From Eledone cirrhosa (lineage: Eukaryota), in NCBI GenBank assembly GCA_964016885.1, contig OZ024765.1, positions 15,686,001 through 15,750,000 on the forward strand: DNA of 64,000 nt, in the 5' to 3' direction. A program made the translations under genes and the position numbers. Shown in pieces: positions 1-12,494 of the stretch. The notes under the pieces were generated by a model. That model ran no database searches. It saw nothing but the letters and a program-made list of their open reading frames with translations, and was not told the DNA's origin. Numbering within the stretch: position 1 is the stretch's first letter; each line of letters opens with the position of its first letter.

Positions 1-602
1 TGGTGGTGATGTAAGGTAGAAGCTACGGTGGTGGTGTTCTGTGGTGATGGTGGTTTTGGTGGTGGTGATGTAAGCTAGAAGTTACGGTGGTGGTGTTGTT
101 CTTGTTGGTGGTGTTGGTGGCGATGTAAGGTCGAAGCAATGGCGGAGTTGGTGCTGGTGGTGTAGAAGTAATGACAAACACCATAAAAATATTGTTTCGT
201 CTTCTAGAACAATAGCCAACGTGTTTTATAACTTTTATTAACGGAACACGTGATTCATTAATAAACATGTAAATACAAAGCTCTTCTCCCTTCTCTCTCA
301 CCTCCCTCCTTTTATATTGTTTTAATGGCGGATTATTTTGGGTGAGTAGGAGATGATGAGGAAAAAATATATCTCAATAAATTATTATATAATTGTATAA
401 TTAATCCATTAGTTGTTAATTAATTAAATGATTTGCGAGAATCGATTATTTTGTACATTAAAATACAAAGTATAAAACCGGTGTATATATATATATATAT
501 ATATACATGCGTGTGTATGTGTGTGGGTGTGTCTGTGTGAGTGTGTATGAGTGGGTGTCTTATTGTGTACGTATGTATGTATATATATATATATATATGT
601 GT

Positions 603-745
603 AGGAAAAGAGTCAGGACCCCGACGGCTGAGCGCCTGCTGTTTCGACACCTGGATCCGAGTAGTTCCTATTACTCACTCTACTACACTAAGTATCGAGT
701 ACTCTGGTACGTTATTGTCCAGCTGGTATCTTACCACACTTTGTT

Positions 746-750
<5 letters not shown>
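603..750. mobile_element. Family A (TA)n-flanked fold-back mini-element, diverged (PLE-like terminal fragment with 3' half of an HHR)
   Basis: Inverted short arm 603-661 reads GAAAcagcaggcgctcagccgTCggggtc on minus. It is joined to the tail ttcctattactcactctactac...gagtactc...ttaccacac, homologous to 56898-57036. Confidence 0.7.
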
Positions 751-818
<68 letters not shown>

Positions 819-1136
819 AAGAAACAAGGAGCTGCGTGGTTACTTGATAAGGTGTATTTAAAAATAAGAGGAAAGCACAAACAGGGGATATTTCCCATCA
901 TCAGTTGTCTACTGGAGATTATGGCCATGTCTACGCATTAAAGACGATATGTCTAGCTCCAGTGCGTCAATAGCTATAGGAAGTTATTGGGGAAAATAAG
1001 GAGGGAGGGGAAAAAAATATACAGAACGGAAAAAAGGGAAAAAGAACGCAGTGAACATACCGAAAATGAGGGAAACAAGAAAAGCACAAATGTGTATGTA
1101 AGAACCCGGAGAGAGAGAGAGAGAGAGAGAGGGAGG

Positions 1137-1219
<83 letters not shown>

Positions 1220-1293
1220 AAAAGAGTTTCTGAATATAAGACCGAGGCTTTTGTTGTCTGCGAATTAGGGAGAGCAAAAAAAGAAGGTCAGAT

Positions 1294-1365
1294 CTGCAAT
1301 ACAGCCTGACGATATCAATAGGTTCATACGTAAGCTGACCACTGAAATGTGTATAGTGTTTGCAG
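1294..1365 (+). ncRNA. Degenerate type I hammerhead ribozyme candidate
   Basis: ctgcaatacagc-CTGACGA...GAAA-TGTGTA-TA-gtgtttgcag. Stem I is partly paired (ctgcaa/ttgcag) and stem II is weak. Confidence 0.35.
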
Positions 1366-1397
1366 TAATAGACATTTGAAGTAACATAACCTGTCGG

Positions 1398-1474
<77 letters not shown>

Positions 1475-1543
1475 ACTGAGAGAACAGAGTATACACGCGT
1501 ATATATATATGTATATAAATTAAAATAACAGATTGCTGTATGG

Positions 1544-1661
<118 letters not shown>

Positions 1662-1718
1662 ATGTATATTATCTTTGTTAAGCCCTTTCGGATTTTAGTC
1701 TTCACATATAGTATTATT

Positions 1719-1802
<84 letters not shown>

Positions 1803-1864
1803 CCTATATATATATATATATATACATATACACATACCTATATATATATATATGTATACATACC

Positions 1865-1896
<32 letters not shown>

Positions 1897-1942
1897 TAAC
1901 CATATATATATATATACACGTACCTATATATATATATACATA

Positions 1943-2012
<70 letters not shown>

Positions 2013-2104
2013 TGTCGAGCGACATCCGTCAAATCGGACCAAGGAAACAGCGTTTCCATTGATCTTTCCAATTGCTGATATTATCTATCGGTCGCAACTC
2101 CAGG

Positions 2105-2220
2105 TAGAAGGAGTAACGGGAAATAGAGTGTCTTGCTCAACGACATAACGCATGGCCTGATCCAGGATCGAACTCACAATCTCACGATTGAGAATCCAAT
2201 TCTCGTACCAATCAGCCACA
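2105..2220 (-). mobile_element. tRNA-derived SINE, family 2 (5' portion)
   Basis: Minus strand has an A box-like gtggctgattgg, a B box gagttcgatcc and the core ttgagcaagacact. Homologous to 53640-53770 and 44500-44605. Confidence 0.7.
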
Positions 2221-2277
2221 CACACAGACACACAGACACACAGACACACACACACACACGCGCACACGCACATATAA

Positions 2278-2308
<31 letters not shown>

Positions 2309-2309
2309 T

Positions 2310-2410
2310 AACAAAGAGGGTGATGTAAGATACCGGGAAAACCATAATCCACCAGAAGACTCGGATCTAGCTGTCGAAACGGCCGGAGCTCAGCCGTCGG
2401 GATCGGCAGG
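2310..2410. mobile_element. Family A fold-back mini-element, diverged
   Basis: Tail acaaagagggtgatgtaagatacc...actc is joined to inverted actcggatctagctgtcGAAAcggccggagctcagccgTCgggatc. Confidence 0.6.
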
Positions 2411-2614
2411 TTTCTGGAAGTTTGTGTTGCAAATAGTCAATGTACTTGCATCACAAAATTCAAGAAGTGTTTTTCCTCTGAGGAACTGGAACCATATGTT
2501 TTTCAAGTTCCTCAGAGGAATAACAACACAACCAGGAGCTGGACATATCGATGTATTGACGGAGTAAAACACACTTCAACAACATGTGTACCTGTCTTTC
2601 CCACACCAATTCGG

Positions 2615-2672
2615 ACTGCCTGAAGAGGTCACAGACAATGATTGCTGCTGTCACCGAAATATATATAGCAAT
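2615..2672 (+). ncRNA. Type I minimal hammerhead ribozyme (family C)
   Basis: actgc-CTGAAGA-GGTcACAG...CTGTcACC-GAAA-TATATA-TA-gcaat. Flanks are homologous to 17310-17477. Confidence 0.8.
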
Positions 2673-3209
2673 ATATCTATAATTTATAATAAACAAAGCC
2701 AAATTTTACACTTTCGACTCAATTATTTTATTTATATATGTATATATATATATATGTGTATATATAAATATATATATGTATATGTATACATATATATATA
2801 TTTTTTTTTTTCACACACACACATATATATATATATATAGACATATGTGTGTGAGAGATATGTTTCGTGCGCAAGTCTATACCGTTTCCATGTATATATG
2901 TAAAGGTTGGTGTGTGAGTGGAGTGCGTGTGTGTTTTCTATTTATCTGTCTATGTATGATTGAGAGAGAAAGAGAGAGAGAGAGTGAAAGATATAGAGGG
3001 AGGGGGAGAGCACTTGTTTCACCTGTTCATTAGTGTATAAGGTGAGTCTAATCTTACAATATAACTAGGTTTAGCTGATCACCTGGATAAGATATGTTTA
3101 ATCTGAATTACTTGCTTTTTTTTTTGTTTTCGTATTTCTGATTTTTTTTTTTTTTGATTTTTTCTGTTTCATTCTTTCTTCTAAACAATCAACACAAACA
3201 TTCTGGCAG

Positions 3210-3278
3210 ACGACATCATCACCATCATCATCATCATCGTCTTCTTCATCATCACCATGACCAATTATAAACGTCTTT

Positions 3279-3312
<34 letters not shown>

Positions 3313-3830
3313 CCAACATCATCACCATCATCGTCTTTCTCATCCTATTCACATAGCCATCATCATCATCACCATCATCACCATCATCACCATCATCATC
3401 ATTATCACCATCATCATCATCATCGCAATTCATCACCATCATCACCATCACCATCACCATCATCATCATCATCATTATCATCACCATCATCACCACCATC
3501 ATCATCATCACCATCATCACCACCATCACCACCATCACCATCATCACCATCACCATCATCACCATCATCACCATCACCATCATCATCATTATCACCATCA
3601 TCACCACCATCACCATCACCACCATCACCATCATCATCACCACCATCATCATCAACCATCATCACCATCACCATCATCACCATCATCACCATCACCATCA
3701 CCATCATCACCATCATTACCACCATCATCACCATCATCATCGTCATCATCACCACCATCACCACCATCATCATCATTACCATCATCACCATCACCATCAC
3801 CTCCACCAATCATCATCATCATCATCACTA
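3210..3830. repeat. (CAT/CAC)n trinucleotide microsatellite
   Basis: Direct observation. Source of the poly-His/poly-Met pseudo-ORFs. Confidence 0.95.
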
Positions 3831-4014
3831 CAACCACGTGCTTTGTTTAGAGATTTGCATTACATATGCATGTTTCCATAGAGACAATACACACAAACAC
3901 ACGTACAAGTAAACACACACACACAGAAGACACACACATACACACACATACACACGCACACAAATACCCCACTCGCCACATATATATATGTGTGAGATAT
4001 TTATATATATATAC

Positions 4015-4085
<71 letters not shown>

Positions 4086-4184
4086 AGCCCACAACAAGAC
4101 ACGAGGGAAACCTAAGGGCAGCAACAACAAACTCCCTCTTACACCAGTGGCCAACCTATATAGGCTGGAGATAAAATGAGTAGC

Positions 4185-4252
4185 AACAAGGGCGGTGCCC
4201 CAGCATGGCCTCAGCCGGATGGCTGATACAGGTAAAAGAGTGAAAGAGTATA
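4185..4252 (+). mobile_element. 3' tail of a SINE/LINE
   Basis: ggcggtgccccagcatggcc...ggctgatacaggtaaaagagtgaaagagta resembles the common octopod SINE tail (recall). Partial minus-strand homology at 44270-44295 (ccatgctggggcac). Confidence 0.55.
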
Positions 4253-4289
4253 TAGAAATATTTATATATATATATATATATATATTCAT

Positions 4290-4375
<86 letters not shown>

Positions 4376-4421
4376 TATATATATAATATATATATATATA
4401 TAAATAAATATATATATATAC

Positions 4422-4452
<31 letters not shown>

Positions 4453-4464
4453 CATACATATATA

Positions 4465-4638
4465 TAATTGTTTCTACTTTTGGCACAAGGCCAGCAATTA
4501 CCCCAGTGCATTACTGGTACTTTATTTCATCGACCCCGTAAGGATGAAAGGCAAAGTCAACCTCGGCGGGATTTTAACTCAGATCGTAAAGGGACGTAAC
4601 TATGCTGGAAAGCATGGCGTCCGACCCTCTAACGATAC
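4465..4638 (-). mobile_element. tRNA-derived SINE, family 1
   Basis: Reverse complement of the family consensus: B box region, ccgccgaggttgactttgcctttcatccttacggggtcgat core, tail gtagaaacaattat. Confidence 0.9.
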
Positions 4639-4664
4639 AATGTTCAGTATTTATATTTGAGCTT

Positions 4665-4958
<294 letters not shown>

Positions 4959-4977
4959 TTATTTATATATATATTAT

Positions 4978-5192
4978 ACAACGAGGGAAATGTGGTAAGG
5001 AAGCAGGTGGACCATAACGCACCAAAGTACTCAATACTTAGGGTAGTAGAGTGGGTAATAGGAACCAGTAAGACCCCGACGGCTGAGCTCAAGCCGTTTC
5101 GAAGGCTAATTGTGGACTTTTTTTTTTTTTTTTTTCCAGAATTAGCCGTCGAAACGGCTTGAGCTCAGCCGTCGGGGTCTTACTGGTTCCTA
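4978..5192. mobile_element. Family A fold-back mini-element
   Basis: Long arm 4978-5117, poly-T spacer, inverted short arm ending ggttccTA. (TA)n on both sides. Confidence 0.85.
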
Positions 5193-5211
5193 TATATATT
5201 ATATATATATA

Positions 5212-5262
<51 letters not shown>

Positions 5263-5264
<2 letters not shown>

Positions 5265-5386
5265 CGGTCTGAGTTCAAATCCCGCCGAGGTTAACTTTGC
5301 CTTTCATCCTTACGGGGTCGATACAATAAAGTACCAGTAATGTACTGGATATTTGCTGGCCTTGTGCCAAAAGTAGAAACAATTAT
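5263..5386 (+). mobile_element. SINE family 1, 5'-truncated
   Basis: B box gagttcaaatcc, core and tail. Confidence 0.9.
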
Positions 5387-5431
5387 ATATATGTATGTAT
5401 ATATATACATATATATATATATATATTTATT

Positions 5432-5604
<173 letters not shown>

Positions 5605-6277
5605 GTTTTGGCATAGGTACATACATGCGTAGACATGCGTGTCGGTTAGATAGTTAGATCGTTCGTTAGCAAGATAGGTAGATAGTTAAATTACTAGGTA
5701 AGTGTAGGCGTATCTAGATTGGTAGAATTAAAAGAAGTTGAAATAAAGTAGGGCCATTAATGAGGTAGATAGGTAGACGAATAATAACGGTAAAATGACT
5801 GAATACAAGGATCGGAAATTGAATGTGATTGTGAAAGTGAAAGTAGAAAGAAGCGCGGGAAAAGAAATATTAAGAGTGTGTTGTAAAATATCACGTCGGC
5901 CATTTTAATGAAGTTTAATGTTCGTCCTTAATGAAAGTGTGTTTCAATTTTAGTGTAATTAGTAAGAATTTATTTGGTTTTGTTGTCAAGGACTCAATGT
6001 GAGTTAGTTAAAGGATAACACCGGAGAGATTTCACTTGTACAATCTCACTGTTAATACTTCCCACTTTTTCCTAATCACTCCCCTTCTCTCTCTCTCTAC
6101 CTCTCTCTCTCTATGTCTCTCTATCTTTCTCACTTCCACTCCCTCTCTCGTCCCTCTCTCTGTCAGTCTCATTCGCCGCTTTCTCTATCTCTCTTTTTCC
6201 TTGTCCACAGATCTTCCCCGCTCTGTCACACAGGTTATCCCTCCCCCTATGTTTGTCTTCCCTAATCAAGGAAATGA

Positions 6278-6335
<58 letters not shown>

Positions 6336-6628
6336 CATCTACCTATTATCTATGTGCCTCTCTCTATTCCTCGCTCTATCCGAACATCTATCTATCTACC
6401 CATTTATCTATCTATCCATCTGTCTGTCTATCTACATATCTATCTGTCCCACTCTCTCTCTCTCTCTCTTTCCCTCTCTTTCTCTTTATCTCTCTCTCTC
6501 TTTCCCTCTCTTTCTCTTTATCTCTCTCTCTCTTTCCCTCTCTTTCTCTTTATCTCTCTCTCTCTCTCTAATATACATATATATATATTAGCATATAAAT
6601 ATTAATAAAATAGATGTTATTTTGATCA

Positions 6629-6691
6629 ATTACACTTTATTATACATATTTCGGATGTACAACGGTACGTCCTCATCAGACAAAATATAAT
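6629..6691 (-). ncRNA. Type I minimal hammerhead ribozyme
   Basis: Minus: attatattttgt-CTGATGA-GGAcGTAC cgtt GTACaTCC-GAAA-TATGTA-TA-ataaagtgtaat. Stem I is 12 bp including GU pairs. Confidence 0.85.
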
Positions 6692-6817
6692 GATACATGA
6701 CATACCCTGAGATGTTAAATGGTTAAGATATAATCAAGGTAGTCATAGATACATATATATTACAAATGCAGCTCTGAAATAGCGATATATATATGTGAAT
6801 CTGTGTACAGTGTATTT

Positions 6818-7135
6818 TGCAATACACTGTATGCTTAATTAAGAGCATTTTTGAAGACCATACGCTATTGTTTTAAAATAGAGAAAATGTCACTTATTTA
6901 AACTTTCAAAAAACAGGGGAGATATTACTGGAATTCTTAGAGAATCTAACACACATAATTTTCAGCAAACAGGAGGAGTGGTGAGGTCTGATAAGTACTA
7001 AAAAGTACGAAACAGGAGCCTGTCAGTTTATCTCCCCTGTTTCCTGAAAATTTAAATAATTGACATTGTCACTATTTTAAAACAATAGCGTATGGGCTCC
7101 AAAACTGCTCTTAATTAAGCATACAGTTTATTGCA
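6818..7135. mobile_element. MITE-like element with ~100 bp imperfect terminal inverted repeats
   Basis: tgcaatacactgtatgcttaattaagagca...aggggagat pairs with atctcccctg...tgctcttaattaagcatacagtttattgca. Confidence 0.7.
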
Positions 7136-7140
7136 TTTAT

Positions 7141-7242
7141 TAAGCATACAGTTTATAGATAATTAGACAAATGGATGGATATATATATATATATATATAT
7201 ATATCCATCCATTTGTCTAATTATCTATAATCTGTATGCTTA
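7141..7242. repeat. (TA)n-centred palindrome, ~38 bp arms
   Basis: taagcatacagtttatagataattagacaaatggatgg-(AT)n-ccatccatttgtctaattatctataatctgtatgctta, one mismatch. Confidence 0.9.
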
Positions 7243-7938
7243 CTAACTGCAATAAACTATACACTTCCGTTCCAATGTACGGCACTATCGTTCAATATGT
7301 GTATAGTGTAACTGTGACATTGGAACCCCTCTCAGAACTTCTTACTTAAACATCTCTCTCCTTATTATTTACTCACTTCAATCTATATGTTTTTTTACTC
7401 ACCTCAATCCGGATTCTCACTTGAAACATTTTTTAATTTCTAATTGTTAATTTTTAATTGTTTAATTTATAATTTCTGAATTTTGATTTAGGATTTTAAT
7501 TTTTATTTCCAATTCTCACTCATAACTTCCAATGTAAAACCATGATACCTAGAATTAAGTATATTTTCTCTTGGGAGTTGATGGTCAGTCGTACTGTCCA
7601 TGCTTGGTGAGAGGTAGTATGTGACCTGTAAAAACTAACACTCTCCCATCCCCTCTGGCTTTCAGCTGACTGCCACAGACGAGAGGGGTAGCAGTAAACA
7701 ATGGTACAGGCCTAAATGGGTCATTGTCTGGCTAAGAGGGTGAACTGACTAAGCGAATTTCGTTGAAATCTGCGGTAGCTAAGGGTCAACTTCCTTTGGT
7801 CATGCGCCTGCGCAGACCGGTGGGGGTGAATTGGTACTCACAGGGAAACGGATGAAGAACCCAAAAGCACACACTTCATCCGTTCCCATGTCGACTCAAC
7901 TTGGATTGCCTCGGAAACATAACCTTATTATGTAACAA

Positions 7939-8003
7939 GCTGTCTGATGATGTCACGATACTCGCACATAGAACAGTGTCGTCATTGAAATATATATCAC
8001 AGC
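7939..8003 (+). ncRNA. Type I minimal hammerhead ribozyme
   Basis: gctgt-CTGATGA-(acgatact/agtgtcgt stem)-GAAA-TATATA-TC-acagc. The base of stem II is imperfect. Confidence 0.7.
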
Positions 8004-8026
8004 ATTATTATTAAAGGACTTGGAAG

Positions 8027-8217
8027 GGCCGTGGATTGGCAGTATCAGTAGAGGGTCGGACGCCATGCTTTCCAGCATAGTTACGTCCCTTTACGATCTG
8101 AGTTCAAATCCCGCCGAGGTTGACGTTGCCTTTCATCCTCACGGGGTCGATAAAATAAAGTACCAGTAATGCACTGGTGTATTGCTGGCCTTGTGCCTAA
8201 AGTAAAAACAATTATTA
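8027..8217 (+). mobile_element. SINE family 1, full length with TSD
   Basis: A box tggcagtatcag, B box gagttcaaatcc. TSD attattaaaggacttg at 8007-8022 and 8211-8226. Confidence 0.92.
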
Positions 8218-8278
8218 AAGGACTTGAACATCTGAAACTACTTCGCTTTCACTTATTCTCTGTCTCTCTCTATATATA

Positions 8279-8427
8279 TAACGAAGGAAGTGTGGTAAGG
8301 AACTAGGTGGACCATAACGCACTAAAGTACTCAATACTTAGCGTAGTAGAGTGGGTAACATTGAGTCCAGAATTAGCCGTCGAAACGGCTTGAGCTCAGC
8401 CGTCGGGGTCCTACTCGTTCCTATTAT
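8279..8427. mobile_element. Family A fold-back mini-element
   Basis: Tail 8279-8358, then inverted arm gtccagaattagccgtcGAAAcggcttgagctcagccgTCggggtc...ttccta. Confidence 0.85.
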
Positions 8428-8478
8428 CTCTCTCTTTATATATATATACATTCATATATATATATATATATATTAACG

Positions 8479-8534
<56 letters not shown>

Positions 8535-8864
8535 ATCCATTTGTCTAATTATCTATTTGATGATGGTCATTATCATGATAATGATAATGATAATGATGAT
8601 GATGATGATGATGTTGATATTGTAGATGATGACGGAGACATTGATATATCAAGGAGATTATGATGAAGATAATGATGATGATGATAATAGTCATAATACT
8701 TAAAACCATTCTTATGATGCGCGTGTATCCGTCTGTTTGTCGCCTCTATTCAATTTAGTATCATTTAATTAATATATTTTATCATTAATGAATAATAATT
8801 ATCGCTCTTAATTAAAAACATATTTGTACAAATATATACATATATATATATATGTGTATATAAT

Positions 8865-8912
<48 letters not shown>

Positions 8913-8922
8913 TATATATATA

Positions 8923-9170
8923 CATATATATAAAAGCAAGTCGGTCTGTGAGTGTGTCTGTATGTCTGTCTGTGTACAATTACTAGGCTCCTTTTAACTT
9001 TTGAAGTACAAGGCCGATTTGGCACGTGCTATTGAGGCGACCTCTCATTGGCTAGCCAATTAGCTGACATAAGCTGACATGCACTCAGAAATTGCTAGCT
9101 AAGCCCTAAACCACCTTGAACAATTCAGGCTGTCATTCATTTCCCGAGCAACGCCGGGTACATCTGCTAG
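8923..9170 (+). mobile_element. Non-autonomous Helitron-like element
   Basis: 5' tatatataaaa followed by a (gtct)-rich tract. 3' hairpin cccg-agcaacgc-cggg (9143-9158) lies 8 nt before terminal CTAG|T. Confidence 0.75.
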
Positions 9171-9205
<35 letters not shown>

Positions 9206-9240
9206 ATACATATATATGTACATATATATGTATATATTTG

Positions 9241-9317
<77 letters not shown>

Positions 9318-9328
9318 GTATATATACA

Positions 9329-9371
9329 GTCACTGAAGAGGTCACAGAGTGTGTGACGAAAGAACTTTGAC
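9329..9371 (+). ncRNA. Variant minimal hammerhead-like motif (family G)
   Basis: gtca-CTGAAGA-g-GTCACA gagtg TGTGAC-GAAA-GAAC-TT-tgac. Homolog at 41556-41598. Element continues to ~9510 and shares its end with 22575-22612 and 41715-41750. Confidence 0.55.
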
Positions 9372-9577
9372 AATATATAACAATCATCTGGTTGTGGAAC
9401 CAACCAACCAACCGGAAATTTATAAATTCCTAAATTTATACATTTATTATGATAAACAATAGACGCGTGTGTTTCTTATTGGCAACATGACCCTCCCAAA
9501 GTATAACAATATAATATATATATACATAAATGTTCTAAACTAAAATTTGATCGTTTTAACACTTCGTATATATTTAT

Positions 9578-9925
9578 TTAGGGCGAATAAAATTCCCGAG
9601 ACCCATCGACGGATTCTCTCCAGCGGTCTCTGTCCCTCATTATTGCTGCCAGGTCCTGCGTCTCCGATAGACCTGTATCTGTCGCTTGTATTTGGGAGCA
9701 AAGATTGGGAATACGGAAGATGATGTGGTCGAGAGGGAGGGCAAAACCTGGGCGGCCTGCCACAGCTTGGGATCGGTGTGGAAGTCGGACCTTCGTAAAA
9801 AAACCTGAAGATCCGTCTCTTCGTTGCATAGAGGAGTCTGTGCTGCTGTACGGGTCTGAGACTTGGACACTGACCAAGAAACTCACTCAGATATTGGATG
9901 GGTGCTACACGAGAATGCTGAGGAT
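9578..9925. mobile_element. RTE-clade LINE 3' fragment with 5' inversion
   Basis: Plus 9685-9925 (frameshifted): YLGAKIGNTEDDV..KTWAACHSLGSVWKSDL..ESVLLYGSETWTLTKKLTQILDGCYTRMLR. Minus 9680-9578: DTGLSETQDLAAIMRDRDRWRESV*. Confidence 0.85.
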
Positions 9926-10177
9926 ATATATAAATATATATATATATATACATAGTTCGGATCTAGCTTTTGATACGGCAGGATCACAGCAGTTTAGTTG
10001 ACATCCACAATTATAGGCCTTCTGATGATAGTGATAAACAATTACGTATTGCATATGATTGAACACTCTATATTGTAGTCACCATATGTAGACCATTATA
10101 ATAAACAAAGAAACATATGTTAAAGCAAATAAATTCCTAATCTCATTCACGCCGACGTTTGAATTTTCAATACTGGC

Positions 10178-10210
<33 letters not shown>

Positions 10211-10704
10211 AGAGATAACAAAATATATAAATATACATACATGACTAGGTTTTTTACTTTGTGTGTCTCTCCTTTGACCTGTCCTGCAGCATTTTCGTTA
10301 TATATGATATATTTATATGTGTGTGTGTGTGTGTGTGTGTGTCTGTGAGTGTGTGCGTTTCTGTGTGTGTATGTGTGTGTCTGTGACTGTGAGAGAGTAT
10401 GTGTGTGTGGGTGTGTGTGTGTGACTGTGAGTGGGTTTGTGCGTGTGTGTGTGTGTCTGTGAGTGTGTGTGTGCGCGCGTGTATGTGTGTGTGTGTTTCT
10501 ATAATATATTGCAACGGTACTGGTATATTTAGAAGATTCTATAGATGGTATGTCTAAATCTTTTGCTTTGAAATGGATTTAAATGTATATATCTAGTTTC
10601 TTAGTTGAAATTGCAATACGGGTGGACCTGACATTCGCCCATCTACCCGGGCTGGCTAGAATGAGAAACCTGAAATATTGCAACAGGTTCTTATATGTCA
10701 ATCT

Positions 10705-11180
10705 CTTACCACCATCACCAACACCTCCTTCACACTGTCACCATACACAGCACCACCACCAACAATAACAACACCACCACCGCCATCACACCACCATCAC
10801 CACCACCACCTTCACACTGTCACCATACACACCACCACCACCGCCGCCATCACACCACCACCACCACCACCACCACCACCACCTTCACACTATCACCATA
10901 CACACCACCACCACCAACACCACCACCACCTTCACACTATCAGCACACACGCCACAACCACCACCACCGCCATTATACCCCCCCCCCCCCAACCGCCCCC
11001 ACCATCACACCACCACCACCACCACCACCACCACCTTCACACTATCACCACGCATGCCACAACCACCCTCACCGCCATCACCGCACACCGCCATCGCCCC
11101 CCCATCACCTCGCCCCCACCATACCATCCCAACCACCACACCACACCACACCACCACCACACCACCACCACCATGACCAC
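10705..11180. repeat. (CAC/ACC)n-rich degenerate minisatellite
   Basis: Recurrent ccttcacactgtcaccatacac unit within ACC tracts. Confidence 0.85.
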
Positions 11181-11359
11181 CGTCAGTCTAATCAATCGTG
11201 AGACGACGTATAACACATTGTCCTGTTCAACAACCATTCAATATGATCGGCATATAATCGATATTTATAGCATTGCTTTACAATTCCCAATTCTTATTGA
11301 TTCCAGTTTTCAATTGAAAGTAAGACAGAGTTTTGACAGAGTTTGGAAATCAGAAACAA

Positions 11360-12480
11360 AATGGATGGAATGGGAGAGTGTGGTGGGTGAGGGGGGAGCA
11401 TAGAGGAGGGTGTAGTGTGTGGTGGGGAGAGGGGAGAGCACAGAGGAGGGTGTAGTGTGTGGTGGGGAGAGGGGAGAGGATAGAGGAGGGTGTAGTGTGT
11501 GGTGGGGAGAGGGGAGAGGATAGTGGAGGGTGTAGTGTGTGGTGGGGAGGGGGCTAGGATGGAATGGGAGAGTGTGGTGTGTGAGGGGGGAGCATAGAGG
11601 AGGGTGTAGTGTGTGGTGGGGAGAGGGGAGAGGATAGAGGAGGGTGTAGTGTGTGGTGGGGAGAGGGGGGTAGGATGGAATGGGAGAGTATAGTGGGGAG
11701 AGGGGAGAGGATATAGGAGGGTGTAGTGTGTGTTGAGGAGAGGGGGTGTGAGGGGGAGGATAGGATAGAATGGAGAGTGTGGTGGGGAGAAGGGATATGA
11801 TAGAGGAGGGTGTAGTTTGTGATATGGAGAGGGGTGAGAGGGGGAGGATAATATAGAATGGAGAGTGTGGTGGGGAGAGGGGGAGGATAGGATAGCATGG
11901 AGAGTGTGGTGGGGAGAGGAGGGAGGGTAGGATATAATGGAGAGTGTGGTGGGGAGAGGAGGGAGGGATAGGATAGAGGGGGTTGTGGTGGGTAAAGGGG
12001 GAAATGGGGATAGGATAGAGAAGAGGAGGGAGTTTGTGGTGGGGAGAAGGAGGGAGGGAGGGGGAAGATTGGATAGAATGTGAGAGTGTGGTGGGGAGAG
12101 GGGTGAGGAAAGACTAGATTGTGATGGGGGGAGGGGGAGCATAAGAGAGGAGAGTGAGTAGTGTGTGGTGGGGAGAGGGGAGAGGAGAGTATGAGGCAGT
12201 AGCATATTGTGATGGGGAGAGGGATGAGGGGAGGGAAGTAGGAGGGAGCAGATTTTGGTGGGGAGGATAGGGGAGGAGGGAGTCGTTTATGGTGTAGAGA
12301 GGGAGGAGGAGGTACATTGTGGTGGGAATAGATAGAGGAGGGGGAGGATATTATGGTGAGGGGAGGGAGGGGCAGAGGTAGGAGTAGATTTTGATGGGTA
12401 AAAGAGGGAGGGTAGTGGAGGGGGTAGAGTGTGTGAGAGAGAGAGAGAGGAAGTGGCACTCTGTCAAGGGGAGAGGGGAG
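11360..12480 (+). repeat. G-rich ~40 bp minisatellite decaying into a purine-rich tract
   Basis: Unit gtagtgtgtggtggggagaggggagaggatagaggagggt at 40 bp spacing (11411, 11451, 11491, 11531). Confidence 0.9.
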
Positions 12481-12494
12481 AATAGGAAGTAGAT

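Noticed and set aside
880-915. CTGATGA plus hairpin on the minus strand as an HHR
   Set aside because: No GAAA/NUH after the stem and no stem I partner found.
3098-3850. Poly-His and poly-Met ORFs
   Set aside because: (CAT)n microsatellite artefact.
8027-8115. tRNA gene
   Set aside because: The A and B boxes belong to a SINE head; no cloverleaf can be formed.
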